From IMG/VR virus record IMGVR_UViG_3300027278_000012, positions 1-64,000 of that record: a DNA stretch of 64,000 bases. One strand, 5' to 3'. The position numbers and the translations under genes were made by a program. Under the pieces are notes generated by a model. That model saw only the letters and a list, made by a program, of their open reading frames with translations, was not told the DNA's origin and searched no databases. The stretch is from a virus (lineage: Duplodnaviria > Caudoviricetes). Shown here piece by piece: positions 1 to 10,500 of this stretch; within the stretch, counting starts at the first letter, position 1, and every line of letters begins with the position of its first letter.

Positions 1-1
1 A

Positions 2-3000
2 GATTCTTCAAAAGGTTTAGCTGGTCTAGCTGTACAAAATGATTATGTATATCCAATAGGAGTTAGATTAGATACTGCGCAAGTTAGTAATTTAATACAG
101 ACATCATCATTAACAGATGATCAGAAAGCTGATATAGTAGGATACAAAATAGTAAGAGGAGATAGAGGAACAAATAAATCTATTGTAGCAAAAGGTATAT
201 TACGTAACGTAGGAGAATATAAAAGAGAAGAACAATCTTTTTACTTTCCTAACTATCCATATAACGATCTTAATGAAGATGTATTTCTTAATGCAACTAA
301 TAATGCTTGGTCTAATGAAACAACTCCTTGGTTAGTTACTTGTAATAGTATAGATCCTACATTAGGATATGCAAAAGTTTCCTATACAGATCCAAATACA
401 AATAGAGAGAATACATGGAATGTAAAATTAAATGAAACTGTAGAGTTTTGTTCAGCAACTAGGCCAATTACTGTTTTAGGAGTTTGTAACATTGGTCCAG
501 GAAATTATGATGTTTGGTACGCAACAGGTTGTTTAGGATGTAGAGGATATAACATATTCTGGGATGATCCCTTCACTATAGATAATTCAACAGTTAATCA
601 TAGACAAGATTATTTAGATGGAACTGGAGTACTTGATCTTAATAGTGGAGGTTGTGATACTACATATGCAACTGTTGAACAAGGATTTGGAATTGACAGT
701 GATTGTTCAAATGGCTTTTGGGATGGATTGTGTAAATGTAATTCTTGGGGTTCATTTGGTCTTGAAGCTATTTATTTAACTACTGCAGTTGATCAAGATG
801 AAGCTCAAATTCTTCCTAATGTAGGAAGAAGATCTAAATTAAATTGTAAGGTGCCAACACCTTTAAGTCCTATTAGCAGTAATACAGAACTTAGCAAAAG
901 ACAAATATTTAATTCTCCAGAAACTTCTTTTGGTCAACCGTTCTTAGGAGACATTCTTAAACTAGAGAATGTAATGTATGGTAAAGGATACGCACATTTT
1001 GTACAGGTAAAGAGTAATGCTAAGTATAGACTACTTACAAAAGAAGCGCAAGAAGATGCTTTAGAAAGCTCTAATAAATTAGGAAGTATTACAGATCCAT
1101 TTAATGCTACTGCTATGTTTACAGCATACCAAGCATATTTACAAATATATATAAATGGTATAACTAGAAGGAACTATGCATATTCATTTAACTCTACAGC
1201 TAGTTATGATTACAATGCAGATATTACTAATAGTGGAAACAAACAAAGAACATTAGATATTAAAAGATATTTAATTCCAGGAGTACAAAATGTAGGAGAT
1301 GATTTTAATATTAATAACTATCAACGAGAATCTTCTGTTTATTTAAGAACAGATGAAAATAAAACTGGATTACCATTTCCTAGTGTTAGTGGAGTTACAG
1401 ATAAATCTAGATTAACAATAGGAGGTAGCGGTGCTTGTGCTACTCCTGCAAGAGAACAAGATATAAGTGTTGTTTCTTATTATGCATCATTAAAGAATAC
1501 ATTTGTAAATCAATATGGACAAATATATTCTTATGATACAATTGATACAGGATTTCAAACAAGTGTAACATCTAATACTACTGCTGTAGTATTTGGAGGA
1601 GATACATTCATATCTAGGTTTGCATTTAAAACTAAACTTCCTTTCTTTATAGATAATAGAGTTAATGCTCCTGATGATAGTGATATATTCTATGATGAGA
1701 TAGGTAATGTAGCTTATCCAAAATACTGGCACTCGGCTAGATCTATATTAAGTAATTTTGATCTTACTAATACTCATGGTGGTACACCTACATTAACAAA
1801 TATTATTTCATATAAAGCACATAACTTTGATTGTCCTAATGATCCATTACCTGCTGAGGGAACTGGTAGAACATTCTATGATGGATATTTCTATTTGTTT
1901 GCTTATGGTATTCCTAATTTCTATTGTGAGAGTTCTTATAACACAGATCTAAGACAAGCATTTAATAATAAAGAAGGAGACTTCTGGCCACATGTATCTA
2001 CAGGTATTCCCGATGATTGGGTACAAGAAGATTTTGTATCAATAGCAAATGATAATACATATACATATAATGTAACATTCTCTAAACAGAATAAAGAAAA
2101 TACATTTACACATTTACCAGCAGATTATGATGGAAATCCATGTTATACATACTATCCATTTAGAGCTGTATATTCAGATGCACAGAACACTGATGCTGAT
2201 AACAGAGTAAATAGTTGGTTAACTTATAGAGCTATTTCTTATTTTGATTTTCCTCAGAACTATGGGGCACTTATATCATTAGATGGTATTCAAAACAAAG
2301 CTGTATTAGCTAGGTTTGAGAATAAAACATTAATGTATAACAACCTCCTTACAATTGACACGAGTAATCCACAAGCTGCATATGTAGGTAATCCTAATAT
2401 GTTTAAAGGAGCACCTCCTATTGACTTTGCAGAAACAGATCTTGGATATGTAGGTAGCCAAAATAAAATGTTATTGAAGATTCCTCAAGGACAGATAACA
2501 GTTGATGCTAAAAGAGGACAAGTTTTTCTTATTCAAGGAACACAAGTAGAAGACTTATCTGCATTTGGTTCTGGAATGAATAGATTCTTCACAGACCATT
2601 TAGCTTTTGAAATCTTGAGATACTTTCCAAAGGTAGATACAGATAACAATTTTAATGGTGTAGGATTGCATGGTGTGTATGATAGTAAGTTTGATAGAGT
2701 GATACTTACTAAGTTAGATTACATTCCATTGAGTAATGATATTAAGTATGATACTACAACAAGAGATTTTTATATAGAAGAACCATTAGGTAATAATGTT
2801 TTTAATAAATTAGTTGTAAGTTTAAAAGACTCAGATTACTTTTGTAATAAGTCTTGGACACTTTCATTTAATGTAAATACTAAAAGCTGGATATCTTTTC
2901 ATAGTTATATTCCTAACTGGTATATAGCAGAAAACAATTTCTTTTATTCTGGTATTAATGGATGTTGTGATGAGTTTGATTTTATTGCAGGATCTATTGT

Positions 3001-3715
3001 ACCTACACCAAGTACAACAACAACTACTTCTTCTTCCACTTCAACATCAACTACTACTTCTACTACTACAATAAAAGATTGTACAATAGAAGGACAATTA
3101 ATATTAACTAATTGTGATATAGAAGGAGAAGGTTACATAATTCCACAACCATGTCAAAGACCTATGAACTTACTAACATTTGCACTTATACCAGGATATG
3201 TAATAATATCTCCTCCTTCAACAGTAGTTTCTACAGGAAGTCAAGAAGATGCATGTAATGCCATCTCTTATTTAAAGTCACTTACTAATGATACTACTGC
3301 AAGTGTTACTAATCTTTTAGCTAGTGCTGTAAGTTTAACAGTTGGACAGACTTTATACAACACTTCAACAGGAACAGATTGTACATTGATACCTGATGGT
3401 TGGTATTTTACAGCAAGTACTATAGAGAGTGAAATAGTATACAATGTAGTAAATGGTGTAATAACTGAAATAGTTAATTGTAATCCAGTTACTACAACAA
3501 GTACTACTACAGCATCAAATTGTTTCTCATTCACAATACGTAAATCATCAATTGGTGTTGTAGCAGTAACTTATACTAATTGTTCAGGAGTAGCATCAAG
3601 TATAAATATTGGTAACCCAACACCAGGTGGACCTTCTGAAGCAACGTTCTGTGCACGTAATGGTAGCATAACTGTACCTCCTGATGTATCGTTAATTAAT
3701 AATGGATCTTGTTAA
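2..3715 (+). CDS. Tail (muzzle/stabilisation-type) structural protein, 5'-truncated by the window edge, with a C-terminal Thr/Cys-rich extension
   Basis: Frame 2 is open from base 2 (DSSKGLAGLAVQNDY...YKIVRGDRGTNKSIVAKG...), so the TTG at 728 in the ORF track is not the start. Segments such as DFPQNYGALISL, GPPIDFAETDLGYVGSQ, GVYDSKFDRVILT and WISFHSYIPNWY resemble crAss-like/P22 gp10-type tail proteins (recalled). Lies upstream of the cargo genes. Confidence 0.6.
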   Translation, partial: DSSKGLAGLAVQNDYVYPIGVRLDTAQVSNLIQTSSLTDDQKADIVGYKIVRGDRGTNKSIVAKGILRNVGEYKREEQSFYFPNYPYNDLNEDVFLNATNNAWSNETTPWLVTCNSIDPTLGYAKVSYTDPNTNRENTWNVKLNETVEFCSATRPITVLGVCNIGPGNYDVWYATGCLGCRGYNIFWDDPFTIDNSTVNHRQDYLDGTGVLDLNSGGCDTTYATVEQGFGIDSDCSNGFWDGLCKCNSWGSFGLEAIYLTTAVDQDEAQILPNVGRRSKLNCKVPTPLSPISSNTELSKRQIFNSPETSFGQPFLGDILKLENVMYGKGYAHFVQVKSNAKYRLLTKEAQEDALESSNKLGSITDPFNATAMFTAYQAYLQIYINGITRRNYAYSFNSTASYDYNADITNSGNKQRTLDIKRYLIPGVQNVGDDFNINNYQRESSVYLRTDENKTGLPFPSVSGVTDKSRLTIGGSGACATPAREQDISVVSYYASLKNTFVNQYGQIYSYDTIDTGFQTSVTSNTTAVVFGGDTFISRFAFKTKLPFFIDNRVNAPDDSDIFYDEIGNVAYPKYWHSARSILSNFDLTNTHGGTPTLTNIISYKAHNFDCPNDPLPAEGTGRTFYDGYFYLFAYGIPNFYCESSYNTDLRQAFNNKEGDFWPHVSTGIPDDWVQEDFVSIANDNTYTYNVTFSKQNKENTFTHLPADYDGNPCYTYYPFRAVYSDAQNTDADNRVNSWLTYRAISYFDFPQNYGALISLDGIQNKAVLARFENKTLMYNNLLTIDTSNPQAAYVGNPNMFKGAPPIDFAETDLGYVGSQNKMLLKIPQGQITVDAKRGQVFLIQGTQVEDLSAFGSGMNRFFTDHLAFEILRYFPKVDTDNNFNGVGLHGVYDSKFDRVILTKLDYIPLSNDIKYDTTTRDFYIEEPLGNNVFNKLVVSLKDSDYFCNKSWTLSFNVNTKSWISFHSYIPNWYIAENNFFYSGINGCCDEFDFIAGSIVPTPSTTTTTSSSTSTSTTTSTTTIKDCTIEGQLILTNCDIEGEGYIIPQPCQRPMNLLTFALIPGYVIISPPSTVVSTGSQEDACNAISYLKSLTNDTTASVTNLLASAVSLTVGQTLYNTSTGTDCTLIPDGWYFTASTIESEIVYNVVNGVITEIVNCNPVTTTSTTTASNCFSFTIRKSSIGVVAVTYTNCSGVASSINIGNPTPGGPSEATFCARNGSITVPPDVSLINNGSC

Positions 3716-3724
3716 TAAATTAAT

Positions 3725-4591
3725 ATGTCAAAAATAATAACAATAAGGTTAACTCAAGTGTCACCATCTTCTGGACCATTTACAATCTATGATCAGTTTG
3801 GGAATGTGATAGCAGAAGGTGTGACTAAGAAAGCTCTCATTGATGGGATTAACTATTCTGTGGATGATGATGTGTTATCAATTACATTAAAATCTACAGG
3901 TAATTGTAAAATACAAAAGACAGTGTATGTAAGTGACATTACAGAAGAGGAATATATTAATATCAAATTAAAACAAATTGTAACAGGATGTATATGGAGA
4001 CACTTAACTAATATACAATTATACAATTCTTACTATGGTGTTACAGAACCATACATAATTGAATATCCATTTGCTTATAGTAACCAAGATGAGATCTTAC
4101 AGAACGTAAAAGATTACACTAAAGCATATGAATATATATCTATACCAGATGGTGTCTTTAATGATAACACAAGAATAGAAACAAACAACAAGTGGTTTAA
4201 CAAAGCTATTTTATATAATGGACAACAGAGTTCAGGAGTGTTAACTCTTGTTGCTAAACCTCTTAATGATATGCGTGCATACATGCAATATCCAATATTC
4301 AATACAGATAGTAAAACAATCACGTACACTAAGAGTGATAACTTCTATCAGTATAATACATTCTGGGCTCTACAGAAAAGTTCTCAAGTTCCATTGTTTA
4401 ATACAGGATGTGAAAGTCTTTCTATTGATAAGGTGATTAACCAAAGCAATATGGATTATGGATCCAGAAGTTTCAAGAAAGCTACACTAAGAGCTAAAGA
4501 ACTCAAGATACGTCATATATTAGATGACAATTGTACAACTCATCTTGTCTCACAATTTATCCTAAGCCCTAGTCAAATCAGTTACAAGTAA
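3725..4591 (+). CDS. Probable separated C-terminal part of the preceding tail protein
   Basis: Starts 9 nt after the previous stop. GCIWRH...YNSYYGVTEPYIIEYPF and a basic C-terminus (KKATLRAKELKIRHIL) resemble the usual C-terminal portion of this tail protein family. Confidence 0.5.
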   Translation: MSKIITIRLTQVSPSSGPFTIYDQFGNVIAEGVTKKALIDGINYSVDDDVLSITLKSTGNCKIQKTVYVSDITEEEYINIKLKQIVTGCIWRHLTNIQLYNSYYGVTEPYIIEYPFAYSNQDEILQNVKDYTKAYEYISIPDGVFNDNTRIETNNKWFNKAILYNGQQSSGVLTLVAKPLNDMRAYMQYPIFNTDSKTITYTKSDNFYQYNTFWALQKSSQVPLFNTGCESLSIDKVINQSNMDYGSRSFKKATLRAKELKIRHILDDNCTTHLVSQFILSPSQISYK

Positions 4592-6906
4592 TGAAAAAGA
4601 ATACACAAACATCAAACTGGTTAGAGAATTATAATGATTCTAATGTAAATTTACCTCAAGGATATGTAGGAGAAGGAATATTCAATGGTCCTATATTTGA
4701 AAACCCTGCTGTTAAAGGACAATTTCAAATGGGTGGTAATATACCAGGAGCTGTAGGACATATGTATGCTAGAACAGGAGCTCCTAGTAAAGGACCACGT
4801 AGAAACCAAACTGATGTTACAGATGCTTCTGCACAGAATGGCAAAGAGATGCAATACTACCAACAAGGATTAGATTGGAAACCTAAATCTATTAGTCAAA
4901 ATGGAAGTTATAATACTGGGGATAAAGTAACTTATGGAACTCCTGAATATAGAGAAGCATATAATAGAGGTGAGGTGATTACAGATGAAGGAGTTCGTTC
5001 TCCTATACAATTAGATGAAGTAGTAATAAAAGGAAAGAAGAAAGATAAGAATTGGTTAGAACAATATGCAAGTAAGATTGCAGAAGAGAATAGAGATGCT
5101 GGGCTATTAGGTGCAATCATTGGTACACCTATTTCTGCTATTACAAGTCTTCCTCAACTTATGGGAATGAAAGCTTTAACAGGAGAAATGCAAAGACCAT
5201 CAGAAGGATTAGATATTAAAAATCCTTATGGAGCTATGGCAGTTGATGCTATAGCAGATCCTTCAACCTGGATAGGTGTTGGTGAGTTATCAGGATTAAG
5301 TAAACTAACTAAAGAAAAAGCTCTTGCAAAATTATCTAATCTAAAAAATATAAATGCAGAAGGTAAGATATTTAGTGGAATGAACAATCAACTAAATAGT
5401 ATTGTTAAAAATACTGCAAACACATCAAAAAATTTAGAAGACTTAACTCATGCTAAAGATTGGGCAAAACAATATGGATATGAATTACCAGAAAACTTAG
5501 AAAGAATTGCTCAATCTGATGAACTTACTAATAGAACTGTAAGAGGTATGATGAATAGACATAATACTTTTGTTAGAGGCGTGAGTACTAACTGGGATGA
5601 ACTTGCAACAAGAAATCCTGAAATATTAAGACATCTTGAAGGAAAAGGAATTGATTGGCAAAATAACCCAAAAGCAGCTGCAGAATATATGGCAACGCAT
5701 GTTCCTATACAAACAGGGTATGGTAGAGCAGACCTAAATCAGCAAGTTTTTGGACAAGGGTTAGATGCAATTTATACATCTAATTCTATCCCTACTGCTG
5801 AAGGTTACACTTATGGACAAGGTTATATAACAAAAGTTAAAAAACCAACTGACTTTTCTTCTTTAGATAGAAAAGATTGGATTACTAAAAATAATCCAGA
5901 ATATTATGAAAATTCATTACCATCATCAAGAGTATTTAGTGTTGAAAATTTAGATCAACTTAATCCTAAAATTGCAAGTGATTTTCTTGAGCAAGGAAGA
6001 ATCAACAATGATGAATATAAAAAAATGTTAAAATATTTTGAAGAATCAAATAATAAACATGTAGATTTACATAAAGAACACAAAATAAGTGAATTACCAG
6101 AAAGCATTTGGGATCAAACTCCTGAGCATGATGAAATATTTGATAATTATTATAATGCATTAAAAAAAGAAAAAGAAGCAATTGCTAAAAATCTTTTTTT
6201 TGAAGATTATAGTGGTAAAACATTAAGAACGGAAAGAGCTCCTATTTCTAATTCAGTTTTTCATACTAATAAAATAATTGACAAATTTCTTGCAACTAAA
6301 GGTAAAAATACTTGGAGCAGTGCAAAAGGTACTTCTGAAGGAGAGAAATTATATCAAGATATAATAAATATTCAAAAAAATAATCCAGATAATAATAAAG
6401 CAGTTTTAGATTTTATACAAAAAAATTATCCTGAGTTTGATCCTATAGATAGATATTCACATTATATACATTTAGGAACTCCAGGTGAAAAAATATTAGA
6501 ACCAATTAAAAGCTGGGAGATTACTCCTGATATATGGAAGAACAAAAGTAGAGCACATACTAATGCTTATTCTAAGAAATTATCAGCAATGGAAGAAGGA
6601 GGAATCATTAAAGATGATAGAGGACAATGGGATCATCCAGGAGAGATAACAGAAATAGGAAGTAATGAAATAACAATGGAAGGAGTTCATTATGATGTTC
6701 TTGGTGTATCAGATACTGGTGATACTAAACTAATGAAACCAGGAAAGAATTATAAGTTCAAAGGAAAGAAGGTGACAGAATATCCTATGGCTAAGAATGG
6801 TGTAAACCAACAAGATCAAAAAACTTTGCAACAATTAGATCAATTGACTAACTTTACAAATTATAATAAACCACAACCAGGAGGTTGGTTAGAAGCTTAC
6901 AAATGA
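4591..6906 (+). CDS. Virion cargo/internal protein with a variable central domain (possibly ART-like)
   Basis: Repeated FQMGG/AQNG/MEEGG/AKNG motifs. The C-terminal block RGQWDHPGEITEIGSNEITMEGV...LMKPGKNYKF is of a type seen in crAss-like structural proteins (recalled). WLxxY occurs at both ends and in the middle. Confidence 0.5.
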   Translation: MKKNTQTSNWLENYNDSNVNLPQGYVGEGIFNGPIFENPAVKGQFQMGGNIPGAVGHMYARTGAPSKGPRRNQTDVTDASAQNGKEMQYYQQGLDWKPKSISQNGSYNTGDKVTYGTPEYREAYNRGEVITDEGVRSPIQLDEVVIKGKKKDKNWLEQYASKIAEENRDAGLLGAIIGTPISAITSLPQLMGMKALTGEMQRPSEGLDIKNPYGAMAVDAIADPSTWIGVGELSGLSKLTKEKALAKLSNLKNINAEGKIFSGMNNQLNSIVKNTANTSKNLEDLTHAKDWAKQYGYELPENLERIAQSDELTNRTVRGMMNRHNTFVRGVSTNWDELATRNPEILRHLEGKGIDWQNNPKAAAEYMATHVPIQTGYGRADLNQQVFGQGLDAIYTSNSIPTAEGYTYGQGYITKVKKPTDFSSLDRKDWITKNNPEYYENSLPSSRVFSVENLDQLNPKIASDFLEQGRINNDEYKKMLKYFEESNNKHVDLHKEHKISELPESIWDQTPEHDEIFDNYYNALKKEKEAIAKNLFFEDYSGKTLRTERAPISNSVFHTNKIIDKFLATKGKNTWSSAKGTSEGEKLYQDIINIQKNNPDNNKAVLDFIQKNYPEFDPIDRYSHYIHLGTPGEKILEPIKSWEITPDIWKNKSRAHTNAYSKKLSAMEEGGIIKDDRGQWDHPGEITEIGSNEITMEGVHYDVLGVSDTGDTKLMKPGKNYKFKGKKVTEYPMAKNGVNQQDQKTLQQLDQLTNFTNYNKPQPGGWLEAYK

Positions 6907-7526
6907 AAACAGGTATATATACAATAACTAATACTATTACAAACCATATATACGTGGGAGCTGCTTCTGACATTCTAAAAAGATTAAATCAACATTTATT
7001 AGGATTAAGAAGAAATAATCATGATAACGATTATTTACAAAATTCTTTTAATAAGTACAAGGAAGAAAGTTTTATCTTTGAAACATTGGAAGAATGTAAC
7101 AAAAAATACTTGTACTCTCAAGAACATTATTGGTGTAATATGTTAAATACACATAATAAAAGTTTTGGATTTAATTTAAAACCAACACATCCAGATAACC
7201 TATCTTTGTGTAGTGAAGAAACTAGAACAAAAATTAGATTAAAGGCTACTGGTAGAAAATGGTCTGATGAATATAAACAATTGTTTAGAGAAAAACAATT
7301 AGGAAAAAAACAATCAGAAGAACAAATTACAAAATCTAAAGAAAGCAAATACAAAAAAGTTTATCAATATTCTTTAGAAGGGAAGTTAATTAAAGAGTGG
7401 CCTTCAGCTCAACACATAAAAAAAGAATTAAACATACCAGCAAATAACATATCTAATTGCTGTAATAATAAAAAGTCTTGTAATACTGTAAAAGGTTTTA
7501 AATGGACATATATAAATCAAGGCTAA
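6903..7526 (+). CDS. Free-standing GIY-YIG homing endonuclease with NUMOD3-like and C-terminal HTH (NUMOD1/IENR1-like) modules
   Basis: GIYTITN...YVGAA...KRLNQH at the N-terminus; SEETRTKI and YQYSLEGKLIKEWPSA...ISNCC further on. ATG at 6903 overlaps the upstream TGA (ATGA). Confidence 0.9.
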   Translation: MKTGIYTITNTITNHIYVGAASDILKRLNQHLLGLRRNNHDNDYLQNSFNKYKEESFIFETLEECNKKYLYSQEHYWCNMLNTHNKSFGFNLKPTHPDNLSLCSEETRTKIRLKATGRKWSDEYKQLFREKQLGKKQSEEQITKSKESKYKKVYQYSLEGKLIKEWPSAQHIKKELNIPANNISNCCNNKKSCNTVKGFKWTYINQG

Positions 7527-7539
7527 ACAAATATAAATC

Positions 7540-10500
7540 ATGAAAGCACAAATTTTAAAAATTGCAGGAGTTAAATCTGAAAAGGAGTTCTATAAAAAGT
7601 TTCCTTCAGAAGAAGCCTTTATGAAGAAACATGGTAAAGAGTTTAAGAAAGCTCAGACTGGTGCTGCAATTAATGCATCACAAGTACGTCAACCAGCTTT
7701 CAAACCTTTAAGTTATCAAGATCAAGTTGATGATGTTGACAAAATGTTAACAGGTTCAACAGCTGCACAAAGACAAGAGCTTGCACTTAAACAACAAGCT
7801 GCTTCAAAAGATAGTGGTAGTGGTGGAGGTTTTGACATTGCTGGTCTTATGAAACTAGCTGGAGGTGCTATGCAAGGAGGAGAAGGCATGGAAGGCATAG
7901 GTGATTTGGGTGGAGCTGCAAGTGGTGCTGGAGCAGGTGTAGCAGCAGCAGCAAGATATGGAGCAGATATTCCTATGGCTCAAGATGGAGATTGGTATTC
8001 TAAGAATCCTATAGGAGGTTCAACTAGTTATGGACAAGTGCAACCTGTAAGTGGATTAAAATCTGCAGGTTCTACAAATCCTTTAGCTACTGGTGGAACA
8101 GGAGGATTTGATGTTTCTAAATTAGGTCCTCAAGGAGTTGGTTCAAAAGCAGAAGATAATACATGGTCTAAAGTGGGAGGAGCGTTAGGTAAATATGCAG
8201 GACCAGTTGGAGATGTTATTAGTGGTATTGGAGAATTAAAGAAAGAGAAAGAAGCAAGAAAAGCTGCTGAGCAAGCAAGAGATGTAAGTAAAATATCTCT
8301 TCAAGCAGCAACAAGTGTTGATGTAGATGCAAGAAGACAACAATCTGAAAACATAGCTAAGCAAAGAGAAGCACAAATGCCAGTTAATACAGGAGAAGAA
8401 TTCTTTCCTATATATGGTGTAGGTACAAATGTTCTTGCTAGAAATGGTATGATGTTACAAGGTGGCGGTGAAATACAAAATACATATGATCCATATGATA
8501 TATATGAAGATAGTGGATATGAGCCATTGAATGATAGTAACGTGAAACAATACTACCATGGTGGAAGATTACATAAAATGCAAGATGGTGGAGGAACTCC
8601 TTGGGGAGCTATTGGACAAAAAGCTACAGGCATAGGACAATCATTAATGGGTGGTCAAAATGCTGGTGGTAAAATTGGTGGTACAATAGGTTCAAGTATT
8701 GGTAATGCTATTGTTCCAGGACTAGGTGGAGCTATTGGTGGATTTGTTGGAGGATTAGCTGGTAATGCTTTAGATACTAATGCTAAGAGAATGAAGAAAG
8801 CACAAGATGCTACACAAAGAAATATGCAAGGAATGGCTAATGCTAATATGGCTAAAGGTATTCAAGCACAGAACCAATCATATATGGAAGATGGTGGATG
8901 GGTATCTAACGATTGGACTCCACAAGTTATAGCTTCATTCGGTGGTCTCGATGAACAAGAAGTATATGACTATGCACATGAAGGAATGGATACACTAAGA
9001 GCTGGTGGACATTTAAGAGATTACACACCTCCTAGTGATAGAGCTATGGAAATATATGAAGATGGTGGAGAGATTCAATCTTATGGATTAGGTGGAGAGT
9101 TACAAACACATTGGGGTGGAGGAGCTGAAACTATTTCACGTAACCCTTACTTACCTGGTACAGGAGAAACAATTATGTTTAGAGGTAAGAGTCATGAAGA
9201 ATATTCTCCAAATGGAGAAACAGGAATTGGTGTTACATATGGTGGTAACCCAGTAGAAGTAGAAAGAGGAGAACCTATGGTAGAATTAGAAGAAGGTGGA
9301 ACAATAGATCCTGAAACAGGAGAAGTTCAAAAATCAGGAGTGGTGTTTGGTAATCTTCAAATACCTAATCAATATATAGATATGTTAGGAGATAAAAATG
9401 CAAAAGGTAAAAAGTTTAAAAACTATGTAGCTGATTTATCTAAGATAGAAGAAAAACAAAATACTATCATAGATAAATCATCTAAAGAACTTAATGCTCT
9501 TGATCCTGTAAACTCTTTTGATAAATTAAAACTTACAGCATTGCAAGCTAATATACAAGGAGCTAATATGAAACTTAAAGATCTTGCTGATAAAAAGATA
9601 AATGCAGCTTCTCTTCAGAATGCTATCAATGATACAGCAGAAGAACATGGATTAGTTGCTGATGATCTTGCTAGAGGTAAAGCAAAGGTTGATAAAAAAG
9701 CTTTACGAGACTATGCTGAATATGGTAAACAAATGTTTGCAGATGGTGGTTCTATAATTGATCCTTTAGAACAATTAAAAGAATTACTAGGAAATAAAGG
9801 ATTTGATTATAAACAATCAAGTGGTATAAGAACAGGTTCAAAAACTAAACAAGGAAAAGCATCTAGACATAGTACTGGAGAAGCTATGGATTTAACATTT
9901 CCTAAATTAGGAAAAGATTCATACAACGCAATGTTACAAGATCCTGAGATAGCTCAATTCATGTTAGATAATAATCTTACAGCTATAGATGAATATGATG
10001 ATGACATAAGAAAACAAACAGGAGGATCTGGAGGACATTTGCATATTGGATTAGATAAGGGTACAGCTGTTGCAGATAGATTTAGAAATCAAGCTCAAGC
10101 ATTGTATGGTGCTAAAACACCAGCTACTACAACTGACAATACTACTAGTGCAGCAACTACTACAACTGAGATTACTAAACCTCCAAAAATGACAACAGCA
10201 GAAGCTATTAGTAAAGGATTTAAATACAATCCAACAACTAAGCAATATGAAAAAACAGTTAAAGGAGTACAAGCAACTGATACTGCAACAAATGAAGGGA
10301 CAGCATTAGAGAAAATTCCTGCAGGACAAAAACGTGGTACATCAGGTTTGTATGGTAAAGTGACACAAGAAGCTTTTGATACAGCTAAAAAAGAAAACCC
10401 TTGGTTTGATTGGACAGGTTTTGATCCTTCTAAGAAAGCAGATGTATTACGTTATCAAAATGCATTTAACACTAAAGCTAAAGAGATTGGATCAAAAGCT

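Noticed and set aside
728-730. TTG start assigned by the ORF track
   Set aside because: The same frame is open back to base 2; the gene starts outside the window.
6903-7526. Group I intron around the GIY-YIG genes (here and at 45403)
   Set aside because: The flanking genes have complete-looking ends and starts, and there is too little non-coding sequence for an intron core.
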